A stretch of DNA of 64,000 nucleotides. It comes from Holophagales bacterium (GTDB lineage: Bacteria > Acidobacteriota > Thermoanaerobaculia > UBA5066). A program made the translations under genes and the position numbers. Below the pieces are notes generated by a model. It was not told the origin of the DNA. It ran no database searches and saw nothing but the letters and a program-made list of their open reading frames with translations. This document shows positions 1-7,980 of the stretch, in pieces (the stretch's first letter is position 1; each line of letters begins with the position of its first letter). Where the stretch lies: assembly GCA_016719485.1 (NCBI GenBank), contig JADJZB010000006.1, positions 27,375 through 91,374 on the forward strand, read 5' to 3'.

Positions 1-598
1 CCCTCATGACGAGCTGCATGAGAGGGTCGAAGAGACCTGTCAGGGCGTGGAAACGTAGAGCCGGGATATATGCGGCCCCGCTCGTAGGGTCGCGCTGAAG
101 AACCCGGACGGCGGCGTCGACGCTGACCGGTCGACCGCACGTGAGGCCCTGTTCGCTCTTTGGCATACCTACCTCTCGGATTCCTCCGCCGATACCCTTG
201 GCGGAGCAATGAACTCGAGTTCGGTGAGACCCTGCTCCGCCTTCGCCGTCCTCTGGTCGAGAAGATAGCCCCGGCAGATTAGAGGCGCCTTAGACGAAGG
301 AAGGGAAGCAGCGTCCGCCGTTCGGTTAGCCGATTCGCGTTTCGGGCCGCCCGCGTTCCGACCCAGGGCCGAGGGGCTTGCTGGCTCAGATCCGACCGAA
401 GGTACCCGACGACCGTATGCCTTTCCGTGGAAGGAGCGGCACGCGTTTTAAGGCGCCTCTAATCCACTCGACCCATTCTTGAGGTCAAGAGGCAAACGGG
501 AGCATTCCGAATGCCCCGGATCAAAGTCCTTTCACGCTCGTCCCGAAACGTAGGCCAGCCGGCGAAGCACAGCCCAAGACGATGGCAGGAGGTTCGCG

Positions 599-1021
599 AT
601 GTCCGCAGAGCGTCCCAAGGTAACTCGGCATCTGGCATCCGTCATTCTCGTCGCTTCCGCACTGATCTCGTCCGTCCGACCGGCTGCCGCTAGCCCACAA
701 GTGCCGGCCTCCGCTGCGGCCGAGAGCCGAACCGTGATGAAGGTCGCAGTCACCCCGAAGGACCACCTCGACAGGGCCGTCGAGTATCGAAAGAAGGCCG
801 CCGCCTACCGCGAAGAGGCGAACGTGCATCGCGAGATGATCCTGGCCCTCAAGAAGCGACTGCCGCCCGATACCCGGCCAGGAAACTACGAGCCTCCCGA
901 GCTGGAGAAGCTGCGGAGCCACTGCAACGGCTACATCAAGGACGCAGAGGCACTGGCGGCGAAGGCGGAGAAGCTGGCCGAGTACCACGAAATGCGTGCG
1001 GCCGAGCTGAGCGGCCAGTGA
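599..1021 (+). CDS. hypothetical secreted alpha-helical protein (tandem paralog 1)
   Basis: ORF with N-terminal hydrophobic signal-like segment (HLASVILVASALISSVRPAAAS); shares EYRKKAAAYREEA and HCNGYIKDAEALAAKAEKLAEYHEM-type motifs with the next ORF; no family recognised by eye. Confidence 0.45.
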   Translation: MSAERPKVTRHLASVILVASALISSVRPAAASPQVPASAAAESRTVMKVAVTPKDHLDRAVEYRKKAAAYREEANVHREMILALKKRLPPDTRPGNYEPPELEKLRSHCNGYIKDAEALAAKAEKLAEYHEMRAAELSGQ

Positions 1022-1110
1022 GCCTGTCCAAGTGCGGGTGCGCCGCGTCTGGGCCCGAGGTGCCGACTCCGCTTCGCCTCCCGACATCCCGCCCATGGAA
1101 AGGAGCTGCC

Positions 1111-1515
1111 ATGCTCAACCACGCTGTCCACAAGATCCAGAGCCTCGCCTTTGCCGCCCTGCTCGCAGCGCCACTCACTCTTCTGCCGCTCGTTGCGGAC
1201 GCGCAACAGGAGGGAGGGGCTTACCCGATGTTCGCCGACGAAATCGCGAGGCTCCCGGAGGTTCATCTCGCAAGAGCCGAGGAATACGAAAGGAAGGCGG
1301 CGTCGTACCGCAAGGAAGCCGCCAAACAGCGAAAGCTGCTCGGGGATTCCATCACCGGGAACAGAGAACCGGAGCGGGCGGACACCGATCCGATGATTCT
1401 GGAGATGAGGCGACACTACGAAGCGTATATAGAGAAGGTGGAGGCCGTCGCGCTCGAGGCGGAGCGGTTCTCCACCTTCCATCGGAAGCAGTGGGAAACA
1501 CTGCGGGGAAAGTAG
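1111..1515 (+). CDS. hypothetical secreted alpha-helical protein (tandem paralog 2)
   Basis: ATG at 1111 preceded by aaaggag RBS; signal-like AFAALLAAPLTLLPLVADA; paralogous to 599..1021 (EYERKAASYRKEA / HYEAYIEKVEAVALEAERFSTFH). Confidence 0.5.
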   Translation: MLNHAVHKIQSLAFAALLAAPLTLLPLVADAQQEGGAYPMFADEIARLPEVHLARAEEYERKAASYRKEAAKQRKLLGDSITGNREPERADTDPMILEMRRHYEAYIEKVEAVALEAERFSTFHRKQWETLRGK

Positions 1516-1518
1516 CTG

Positions 1519-2172
1519 TCACGGAAGATCGCAGAGGGGGAAGCCCGCCCGGGCAGACGGAGCGCGGACCCGGGCCGCAGGGGGCCCGGCGCAGCGTTGC
1601 CTTTGGGGCCGGAAGGCGGGTCGAAGAGACCCGTGAGGGCGTGGAATCGGGGCGCGGGCACGAGAGGGCTCCGCCGCGCTCACCGCCTTCCCCCGGCCGA
1701 TGCGGACTCGGGCGTCTTCTCGGACCCTGCGGTGAGCCCGGGCACGGGGACGGACTCCACGCTCCGGCCAGGACGCGACTCGTGAGGGGCGTTCCGCGAG
1801 GCATACCCTGAGCCGGGCCTCCAGGTCCCAGAGGCTCCCTTTCTCGACGACGAGGTCGGCGCCGAGACGGAACGCTTCCTGTCGTACCTCGGTCGTCGAC
1901 GAGCCCGTCCAGACGAAGATCACGGGGCGCGGCTCGAAGCGCGCCGCCGCGGCGACGACTTCCAGGCCGTCTCGCGTGTGCCGTCCCGTGAGGTCGAGGT
2001 CCGTGACGACGGCCGCCCAGCGCCGGGCAGCCAGGAGGACCAGGGCGGAGTCGAGGTCGAGAGCCTTCGCTGCCTCGAAACCTCGCCGCGCGAGGAACTC
2101 GGCAGTACAGAACGCGAACGAGACGTCGTCCTCGACCAGGAGCAGAGTGGCGCGGGGAGAGGTTCGTTCCAT
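1519..2172 (-). CDS. stand-alone response-regulator receiver (CheY-like) domain protein
   Basis: N-terminus LLLVEDDVSFA...AAVVTDLDLTG...VWTGSS...LGADLVVEKG matches receiver fold; C-terminal ~90 aa Arg/Pro-rich tail looks like low-complexity read-through, so true stop uncertain. Confidence 0.55.
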   Translation of the reverse strand: MERTSPRATLLLVEDDVSFAFCTAEFLARRGFEAAKALDLDSALVLLAARRWAAVVTDLDLTGRHTRDGLEVVAAAARFEPRPVIFVWTGSSTTEVRQEAFRLGADLVVEKGSLWDLEARLRVCLAERPSRVASWPERGVRPRARAHRRVREDARVRIGRGKAVSAAEPSRARAPIPRPHGSLRPAFRPQRQRCAGPPAARVRAPSARAGFPLCDLP

Positions 2173-2325
2173 GTCTCAATGTTGGGGACCGGACCTTAGA
2201 ATTCGATGAGAGAGAAGGCATCTCACCCTCTAATGCTGCTCTAAGGTATGGGTCCTATCTTTCCGCCCATACACGGCTGCGGTGCGAGACGCTCGCTCAG
2301 CGGCCGATCGACAGGAGACATCGAC

Positions 2326-2739
2326 ATGCGTAAGGCTCTCTCCGTTCTCGCGGCTCTTGCTCTCGCGCTCTCGGCCGGCGTGGCCTCCGCCCACGACGGG
2401 CACGCCCATGGGAAGGAAGCGATCCTCGGTACTGTCGCGCAGGTCCACGGTGACCACCTCGAGGTGGCGGACCCCGACGGCAAGACGGTCTCCGTCACGC
2501 TCACGAGCGCGACGACCTACCTCAGGGGAGACTCCGAGGCGAAGAAGGCCGACCTGAAGCCCGGTGTGCGCGTCGCCGTGGAGACGGCCGATGGCAAGTC
2601 GGGGCTCGAGGCCAGGATCATCCGGATCGGCGCCGAGGAGAAGGCTGTCTGGACCTGCCCGATGCATCCCGAGGTGAAGAGCGCCGGCCCCGGGAAGTGC
2701 CCGAAGTGCGGCATGTTCCTGGAGAAGAAGAAGGCGTGA
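2326..2739 (+). CDS. periplasmic copper/heavy-metal-binding protein with C-terminal Cys-rich metal-binding domain
   Basis: RBS acaggaga then ATG 2326; signal peptide MRKALSVLAALALALSAGVASA; His-rich HDGHAHGKE; C-terminal TCPMHPEV...PGKCPKCGM resembles the heavy-metal-binding domain seen on CusB/P1B-ATPase termini. Confidence 0.65.
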   Translation: MRKALSVLAALALALSAGVASAHDGHAHGKEAILGTVAQVHGDHLEVADPDGKTVSVTLTSATTYLRGDSEAKKADLKPGVRVAVETADGKSGLEARIIRIGAEEKAVWTCPMHPEVKSAGPGKCPKCGMFLEKKKA

Positions 2740-2767
2740 GGGCCGGTTCGGCCGGAGGGGGTTCGAC

Positions 2768-3385
2768 GTGACGCGCACAGGCCGGGTCCTCCTCGTAGCG
2801 GGAGCCGTCGTCGCCGTCGGCTGCGGGTACGCCCTCGCCGCGGCCGTCCGCCGGGGGTTCAGCGCTCGCGAGGAGCCGACGAAGGCCGAGGAGGTCGTGG
2901 CACGGACCTTCCGGGGGTGGGCGACACCGGAGGCGGCGCGCCGTGTGCCGAACCCCGTCCCCACAGGCCCCGAGGTCCTCGCCCGGGCGCGGGCACACTT
3001 CGCCGACCATTGCGCGAGCTGCCACGGGAACGACGGGAGCGGGCAGACGCCAATGGGCCGCCGCCTCTACCCGCGGGCGCCCGACATGCGTTCCGGCGAG
3101 ACCCAGCTCCTCACCGACGGCGAGCTCTTCTCCATCATCAGGAATGGAATCCGCCTTACCGGCATGCCCGCGTGGGGCAATGGCACGCCGCCGGAAGATG
3201 TCGGCACGTGGGAGCTCGTCCACTTCATCCGCCACCTTCCGAAGCTCACGCCGGCCGAGCTCGCGGAGATGGAGTCCCTCAACCCGAAGAGCCCGGCCGA
3301 GTACGAGAAGGCGAGGCAGATCGAGGCGTTCCTTTCCGGCTCCGGTTCGTCCGACGCGTCCCCGCGAGAACGGAGCGCGCATTGA
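2768..3385 (+). CDS. mono-haem c-type cytochrome
   Basis: CASCHG (CxxCH) haem-binding motif, N-terminal membrane anchor/signal, GTG start 28 nt after previous stop. Confidence 0.7.
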   Translation: MTRTGRVLLVAGAVVAVGCGYALAAAVRRGFSAREEPTKAEEVVARTFRGWATPEAARRVPNPVPTGPEVLARARAHFADHCASCHGNDGSGQTPMGRRLYPRAPDMRSGETQLLTDGELFSIIRNGIRLTGMPAWGNGTPPEDVGTWELVHFIRHLPKLTPAELAEMESLNPKSPAEYEKARQIEAFLSGSGSSDASPRERSAH

Positions 3386-3440
3386 AGCGCGAAGTGCAGC
3401 CTCGTGATGTCGTCCGGCTCGGGCAAGGGATGTAGGGCCG

Positions 3441-3779
3441 ATGCCCATCGTCGAGCTCGTCGCCTTCGACGGCTGCCCGAACCGCGACAGGGCTCGCGCG
3501 AACCTCCGGGCGGCCCTTGCCGAAGCCGGCCTCCCGTCCGTTTGGCACGAGCTCGACGCGAGCGGACCGAACGTTCCCGACCGCGCCCGGAGCTGGGGGT
3601 CTCCGACGATTCTGGTGGACGGCGTCGACGTCTCCGGGGCATCCGCGCCACCGGGCGGCCGCGCGTCCTGTCGCCTGTACGGTTCCGCGGGTGATCACGG
3701 AGCGCCTTCCGTGGCCGTGATCGTCGCAGCGCTTCGGTCCGGATCGGCTCGTCCGGGTGACAGCGGAGCGTCATCGTGA
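3441..3779 (+). CDS. thioredoxin/glutaredoxin-like fold protein (single-Cys GCP motif)
   Basis: MPIVELVAFDGCPNRD...SPTILVDG pattern fits a thioredoxin-fold beta-alpha-beta core; stop overlaps next start (GTGA). Confidence 0.4.
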   Translation: MPIVELVAFDGCPNRDRARANLRAALAEAGLPSVWHELDASGPNVPDRARSWGSPTILVDGVDVSGASAPPGGRASCRLYGSAGDHGAPSVAVIVAALRSGSARPGDSGASS

Positions 3780-4138
3780 CCCCTCCAGCGGCCCGTGCTC
3801 TGAGCAGAACGAGCCTCGTCGCGGCGCTCGTCTCGGCAATCGGCGCCTCCCTCTGCTGTATCGGTCCGCCCGCTGCAGGCATGCTCGGCCTCGCCGGGGC
3901 CGGCTCCTTCGCCCTCTTCCACGAGTACCGGCCGTACCTCGCCATCGGCACGATCGTCCTGCTCTGGGCGTCAGTCGGGCTTACCTACAGGACGAGTTCC
4001 GCGGCCTGCTGCGCGACCGGGACCGATTCGAGGCCATGGAATCCAGACCCGCGCGACCGGCGATGGCGGCGTCTGCTCTGGATCGTCGTCGCCCTCACGC
4101 TTGCCTTCCTGACGATCCCCTGGTGGTTCAGCCCCTAG
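3776..4138 (+). CDS. MerT-like heavy-metal (mercuric-ion type) transport membrane protein
   Basis: Cys-Cys pair in first predicted TM (GASLCCIGP) and HEYRPYLAIGTIVLLWASVGLTYR segment resemble MerT (ASACCLGP / LEPYRPIFIG...); translationally coupled to upstream ORF. Confidence 0.55.
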   Translation: MTPPAARALSRTSLVAALVSAIGASLCCIGPPAAGMLGLAGAGSFALFHEYRPYLAIGTIVLLWASVGLTYRTSSAACCATGTDSRPWNPDPRDRRWRRLLWIVVALTLAFLTIPWWFSP

Positions 4139-4244
4139 CGTTTCAGCTGGCGCGACGCCAGGGCGAAACACGATATGACCATAAGGTGATAGAATGACCC
4201 GTGACGAGCCAAGGCCGTCAACGGTCCGAAACAAGGAGGTTCCT

Positions 4245-5149
4245 ATGCGGTGTCTCAAGTCCATTCTCGGTGCAGCGGCTCTCGTCAGCGCCCTCGTCAC
4301 GTTTCCCGCCACGGCCCAGATGGGCGGCGGTGGGGCGAACGGCGGGCCCGGTGACGGCATGACGAACGGGACAGAGGATCTGGTCATTCCTGCGGGTGTT
4401 CGTGGAGAGGGCCGGTTCAGCTCCTTCTTCGTCACGGATCTCTGGATCAAGGCGACCGGGACCGGAACGGCAACGCTCTACTTCCACGCGGCGGACTCGA
4501 CGTCGACCGCCCCAGCCGCCACGGCGACGGTGAACCTCACCCAGCCGATTACGTACCTGCCCGACGTCCTTCAGGCCAACTTCGGTCTTGCTGCGGGCTT
4601 CGGGGCGATCCGCGTAGCGGCGAGCATCCCGATCTCGGCGACCGTGCGCGTCTACAACCAGACCGGGGCGGGTGCCTATGGCCTGGCGTTCATGGGAATG
4701 CCGAGCCGGATGGGAATGACCTCAATGCCCATGGGCGGCTCTTACGGCATGGACGAATACGCGATGTACATGCTCGGGCTCCTTCCGCAGCCCGGTAACC
4801 GCGTGAACGTAAACGTCGTTGCACGGCCTCGACGGGCGCTACCGGCGTCGTCGAGATCGTCGACGCCGACGGATCGACTCCGACGGGCACGGGCGCCAAG
4901 AGCCTTCCATTCACCCTCGCGGGGTACTCTTCGCACCAGTTCAACGACGTCCTTCTGAACGTCCATTCGAAGTTCCCGACCGGTGACGCCGGCCTCCAGA
5001 TCCGCGTGCGGATGAACCAGGGCGGAACCGGAATGGTGATGGCCTACGCCGTCGTGAACGACAACACGACGAATGACGGCTATGTCGTCATGGGCAGCAT
5101 GATGAACGGCGGCCGTGGCATGGGCGGCGGGATGATGGGCGGGCAGTAG
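4245..5149 (+). pseudogene. secreted Met-rich (MGM/MxM repeat) protein, reading frame interrupted near 4815-4830
   Basis: aaggagg RBS, ATG 4245, signal peptide MRCLKSILGAAALVSALVTFPATA; after ...GNRVNVNVV the annotated frame becomes Arg/Ser junk while the -1 frame continues as TASTGATGVVEIVDADGS...MMNGGRGMGGGMMGGQ to stop at 5147-5149. Confidence 0.5.
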
Positions 5150-5204
5150 CCCGGCGATCGGGCGTCCGAAGCCCCTGCCGTTTCGACGAGACATAGGCAG
5201 CGAT

Positions 5205-5236
5205 GAGGGCCTCCCTTCAAGGGAGGCATTTCTCGA
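5205..5236. terminator. bidirectional rho-independent terminator hairpin between convergent genes
   Basis: gcctccc-ttcaa-gggaggc stem-loop followed by T-rich tttctc, located between stop 5149 (+) and stop 5324 (-). Confidence 0.5.
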
Positions 5237-5323
5237 TCTCGTTCGTTACTGCGGCTCCGCAACGCACGGCGGCAATAGCAGCCCTGCATCGAGGCTGAGG
5301 TCCGGCAGGGCGGCTCCTCCCGT

Positions 5324-6259
5324 TCACGGCTCGACGACGACCATCATCGAAAGCCCGGTCGCGCCCGCCGCGCTGTCTCCCACGTGCTGCAGGTTGTGGC
5401 AGTGGAGCATCCACGTTCCTGGGTTGTCCGCTTCGAGGAGGCCGTCGTAGCGCTCCCCGGCGTTGAGCGGCAGCGTGTCCTTCCGGTAGGGCGACGGCAA
5501 CGGGAAGCCGTCCGTCGCCGTGACCGTCCAGCTCATCCCGTGCAAATGCATCGGGTGGACCATGTTTCCGGTGTTCACCATCCGGAAGAGGACCCTCTCG
5601 CCCTTGCGCACGCGGATGTCGGGGACGTTCGGGCCCGTCTTTCCATTGATGAGGAGCGTCCCCGTCATCATGCCCGACGAGGACATCCCGCCCCCCATTC
5701 CCATTCCTCCGCCCATCCCCATGCCGCCGCCCATCGCGCCGGGCATGGAGCCGAGCTCACCGACGACGAGGGAGACCTCGCGGTCCCATTCCTTAGGCGC
5801 GGAAGCCGGCGGCTCGACGACGAGGAGGCCGTAAAGGCCGCGGGCGATCTGAGCAGCGGAGCTGAAGTGAGGGTGGTACCAGTACGTCCCGGGCTCGGGG
5901 GCCGGGAACTCGTACGTGAACCGCGCACCGCGCGCCACGGCCGGTGCGGTGACTCCCGGGACACCGTCCATTCCGTGGGGAACGGGGACCCCGTGCCAGT
6001 GGATCGTCGTCGCCTCGGGGAGCTGGTTCACGAGCGTGACTCTGACGACGTCTCCGGCGGAGACGCGCAGCTCGGGGCCGGGGAGCGTCTGGTTGTACGT
6101 CCAGGCGACGACCTTCTGCCCGGGCGAGATCTCCCAGGTCGAAGCGGCGGCGGTGAGGGTGAACTCGCGCACCGCGCCGAGGGCGGGGGAGGCGGCGGTC
6201 GCGGCGAGAGCCCCGAGCAGGGGGAGCGCCGCGGTCAGGCGGAGTCGGGCGGTCGTCAT
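5324..6259 (-). CDS. small multicopper oxidase (cupredoxin) with Met/Gly-rich insert
   Basis: ATG 6259 with ggag RBS; signal peptide MTTARLRLTAALPLLGALAATAAS; copper ligand motifs HWHG, HPH, HCHNLQH, MHLHG; insert MGGGMGMGGGMGMGGGM typical of Cu(I)-binding CopA/CueO-like oxidases. Confidence 0.8.
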   Translation of the reverse strand: MTTARLRLTAALPLLGALAATAASPALGAVREFTLTAAASTWEISPGQKVVAWTYNQTLPGPELRVSAGDVVRVTLVNQLPEATTIHWHGVPVPHGMDGVPGVTAPAVARGARFTYEFPAPEPGTYWYHPHFSSAAQIARGLYGLLVVEPPASAPKEWDREVSLVVGELGSMPGAMGGGMGMGGGMGMGGGMSSSGMMTGTLLINGKTGPNVPDIRVRKGERVLFRMVNTGNMVHPMHLHGMSWTVTATDGFPLPSPYRKDTLPLNAGERYDGLLEADNPGTWMLHCHNLQHVGDSAAGATGLSMMVVVEP

Positions 6260-6345
6260 CGGGAGCTCCTTCTTGAGAAGAAGGGCGGCGCGACCTCGGG
6301 GTCGCGCCGCCCGGTGATCGTGGGCAGGGGCGGCTTCGCCGCGGG

Positions 6346-7041
6346 CTACTGATCGAGGGCGACCGTCCAGAGGAGGCGGCCGGTGAGGTCGACGGCGACG
6401 AGGCTCCGCCGCATTCCCTGGAAGCCGGCATCGCCCGGACCCATGTGCCCGGTCGTCGTGCCGCCGGTCGTCGTCGACGTCGGCGTCCCGACGAGGAGGA
6501 CGAGCCGGTCCGAAGCAGCCTCGACGCGCATCGCGACGCCGTCGATGGCGAGCCGCCACGCCTCGGCGCCGGTCGTGGAGCGAAGCGCGACGAGCGCGCC
6601 CGTTCGGGGTGCAGTCCCGGTCGTGCCGTACCCGTGTGGTTCACCGGTGGAGACGACGAGGAGGTCGGCGGCGAGCGTCAGGTCCCTGATGGCGTCCGTC
6701 GACCTCCAGGACCAGGCGTTGGTGCCGTTCGGGCCGATGGCGAGGAGCTCGTCGGCGATCGCGGACGTGCCGGTGCCCGTCAGCTCCCGGGAGACGACGA
6801 ACGTCGTCCCCGCAGGCGAGACGAGGACGCGGCCCATCCCTCCCATGTCGTCGCCCATGCCCCAGCCCATGCCCGAGCCGGAGCCCATCCCGCCGGTCCC
6901 TCGGGGACCCGTCGTCGACCCGCCGTGCCCGCTGCCGTGCCCACCGCTCCCCATGCCTCCGCCCATCATCTGCGCCGCGGCGGCGCCGGACAGGGAGCAG
7001 GCCAGGAACGCGATTGTCGCGATGGTTGCCGTTCGTCTCAT
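6346..7041 (-). CDS. secreted Gly/Met/His-rich protein (putative periplasmic copper-binding)
   Basis: ATG 7041 with gaggtga RBS; signal peptide MRRTATIATIAFLACSLSGAAAA; MMGGGMGSGGHGSGHGG and GMGSGSGMGWGMGDDMGGMG tracts; directly upstream of the multicopper oxidase, same strand. Confidence 0.5.
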   Translation of the reverse strand: MRRTATIATIAFLACSLSGAAAAQMMGGGMGSGGHGSGHGGSTTGPRGTGGMGSGSGMGWGMGDDMGGMGRVLVSPAGTTFVVSRELTGTGTSAIADELLAIGPNGTNAWSWRSTDAIRDLTLAADLLVVSTGEPHGYGTTGTAPRTGALVALRSTTGAEAWRLAIDGVAMRVEAASDRLVLLVGTPTSTTTGGTTTGHMGPGDAGFQGMRRSLVAVDLTGRLLWTVALDQ

Positions 7042-7100
7042 CGATCTCACCTCTTCACGAATTGCCCCGAGCCGAGGCTCGCGGGCTGCTTTCATCAAGC

Positions 7101-7116
7101 GCAACGCCCGTGCCAC
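7101..7116 (-). promoter_or_regulatory. sigma54 (-24/-12) promoter reading toward 6346..7041 and the oxidase gene
   Basis: minus strand reads TGGCACGGGCGTTGCGC = consensus TGGCACG-N4-TTGCW; ~60 nt upstream of ATG 7041. Confidence 0.5.
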
Positions 7117-7251
7117 TTCATGGGCGCTCCTTCCGGCCTCGTTCGGGTCGAAATGCCGCTTTCGGGCTTCGGCGAGGTGCCGGAGAAAGGGGCAAACCGA
7201 CCCTGACCCGATCGGCGGCGCCGACGGCATCTCGCGCGGACCGGCGGGTCC

Positions 7252-7980
7252 TCAATGGCCCTTCGGTCCCATCGGGGTGCTGCCGTGCGAGCCGCCCCCG
7301 TGGCTCTGGGGCATCTTCCCGTCCGGCGCCGCGCCCGGCATCCCGTGCTCGGACCCGGAGGACATGCCCGTACCGCCGTGCATTCCCCAGGAGTGCTCGC
7401 TCATCCCCATCGACCTCATCGGCGTCGATCGCGGCGCCGCCATCGGGCCGAACGTGCAGGCCTCGTCGGCCCGCACGAGGACCGGAGCCGCACCGGCCTT
7501 CGTCGGCCTCACTTCCACCGTCCCCTCGAAAACTGCGAGGAACGAGCGCCCGTCTTTCGCCACCTCCAGCCCGTACCGCGTCCCGCGGACGGCGAGGAGG
7601 GCACCGGGCGCGGCGACCGTCCGCGCTTCGGCCGATCCGTCGGTCAGCGCCTCGAAGAAGGCCTTGAGGCGCCCCCTCTCCACCGTGAGAAGGACGCCCG
7701 GGGCCCCGGCCGCGAGCCGGGCGCGCGTGCTCGAACCGATCTCGAAGCGCGCCTTCCGCTCCGGCACGGAGAGCACCGCCTTTCCCCAGAACCCGGTCCG
7801 GACGAGGTCTCCGGCCGCGGCCACGTCCCCGGCGGCGACCCGCACCTCGGCCGCCTCGTCGCCTCCCGGGGCGCGCAGCACCTTGCTCTTCACCTCGTCG
7901 AAACGGTAGGCCGGCGTCCCGGGCTCGATCGCGGCCAGGATGCCGGCGGCGAGCGCGGCCAGCGGCAGGATGAGCTTCAT
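7252..7980 (-). CDS. periplasmic FecR-domain protein with Met/His-rich C-terminal tail
   Basis: signal peptide MKLILPLAALAAGILAA; FecR-like core DLVRTGFWGKAVLSVPERKARFEIGSSTRARL; tail MRSMGMSEHSWGMHGGTGMSSGSEHGMPG...SHGGGSHG; start overlaps stop of upstream regulator (ATGA). Confidence 0.6.
   Translation of the reverse strand: MKLILPLAALAAGILAAIEPGTPAYRFDEVKSKVLRAPGGDEAAEVRVAAGDVAAAGDLVRTGFWGKAVLSVPERKARFEIGSSTRARLAAGAPGVLLTVERGRLKAFFEALTDGSAEARTVAAPGALLAVRGTRYGLEVAKDGRSFLAVFEGTVEVRPTKAGAAPVLVRADEACTFGPMAAPRSTPMRSMGMSEHSWGMHGGTGMSSGSEHGMPGAAPDGKMPQSHGGGSHGSTPMGPKGH

Noticed and set aside
296-446. MITE-like element bounded by the 17-bp inverted repeats at 279-295 / 447-466
   Set aside because: No target-site duplication or internal symmetry seen, and the same motif occurs singly elsewhere; treated as a regulatory motif instead
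565-600. possible sigma54 element TGGCAGGAGGTTCGC just before the 599 ORF
   Set aside because: Poor -12 match, and the GGAGG is more simply the ribosome-binding site adjacent to the start codon
1519-1800. C-terminal 90 aa of the receiver-domain ORF as a functional output domain
   Set aside because: Arg/Pro/Ala-rich with no recognisable fold; probably read-through, and the true stop may be masked by an indel
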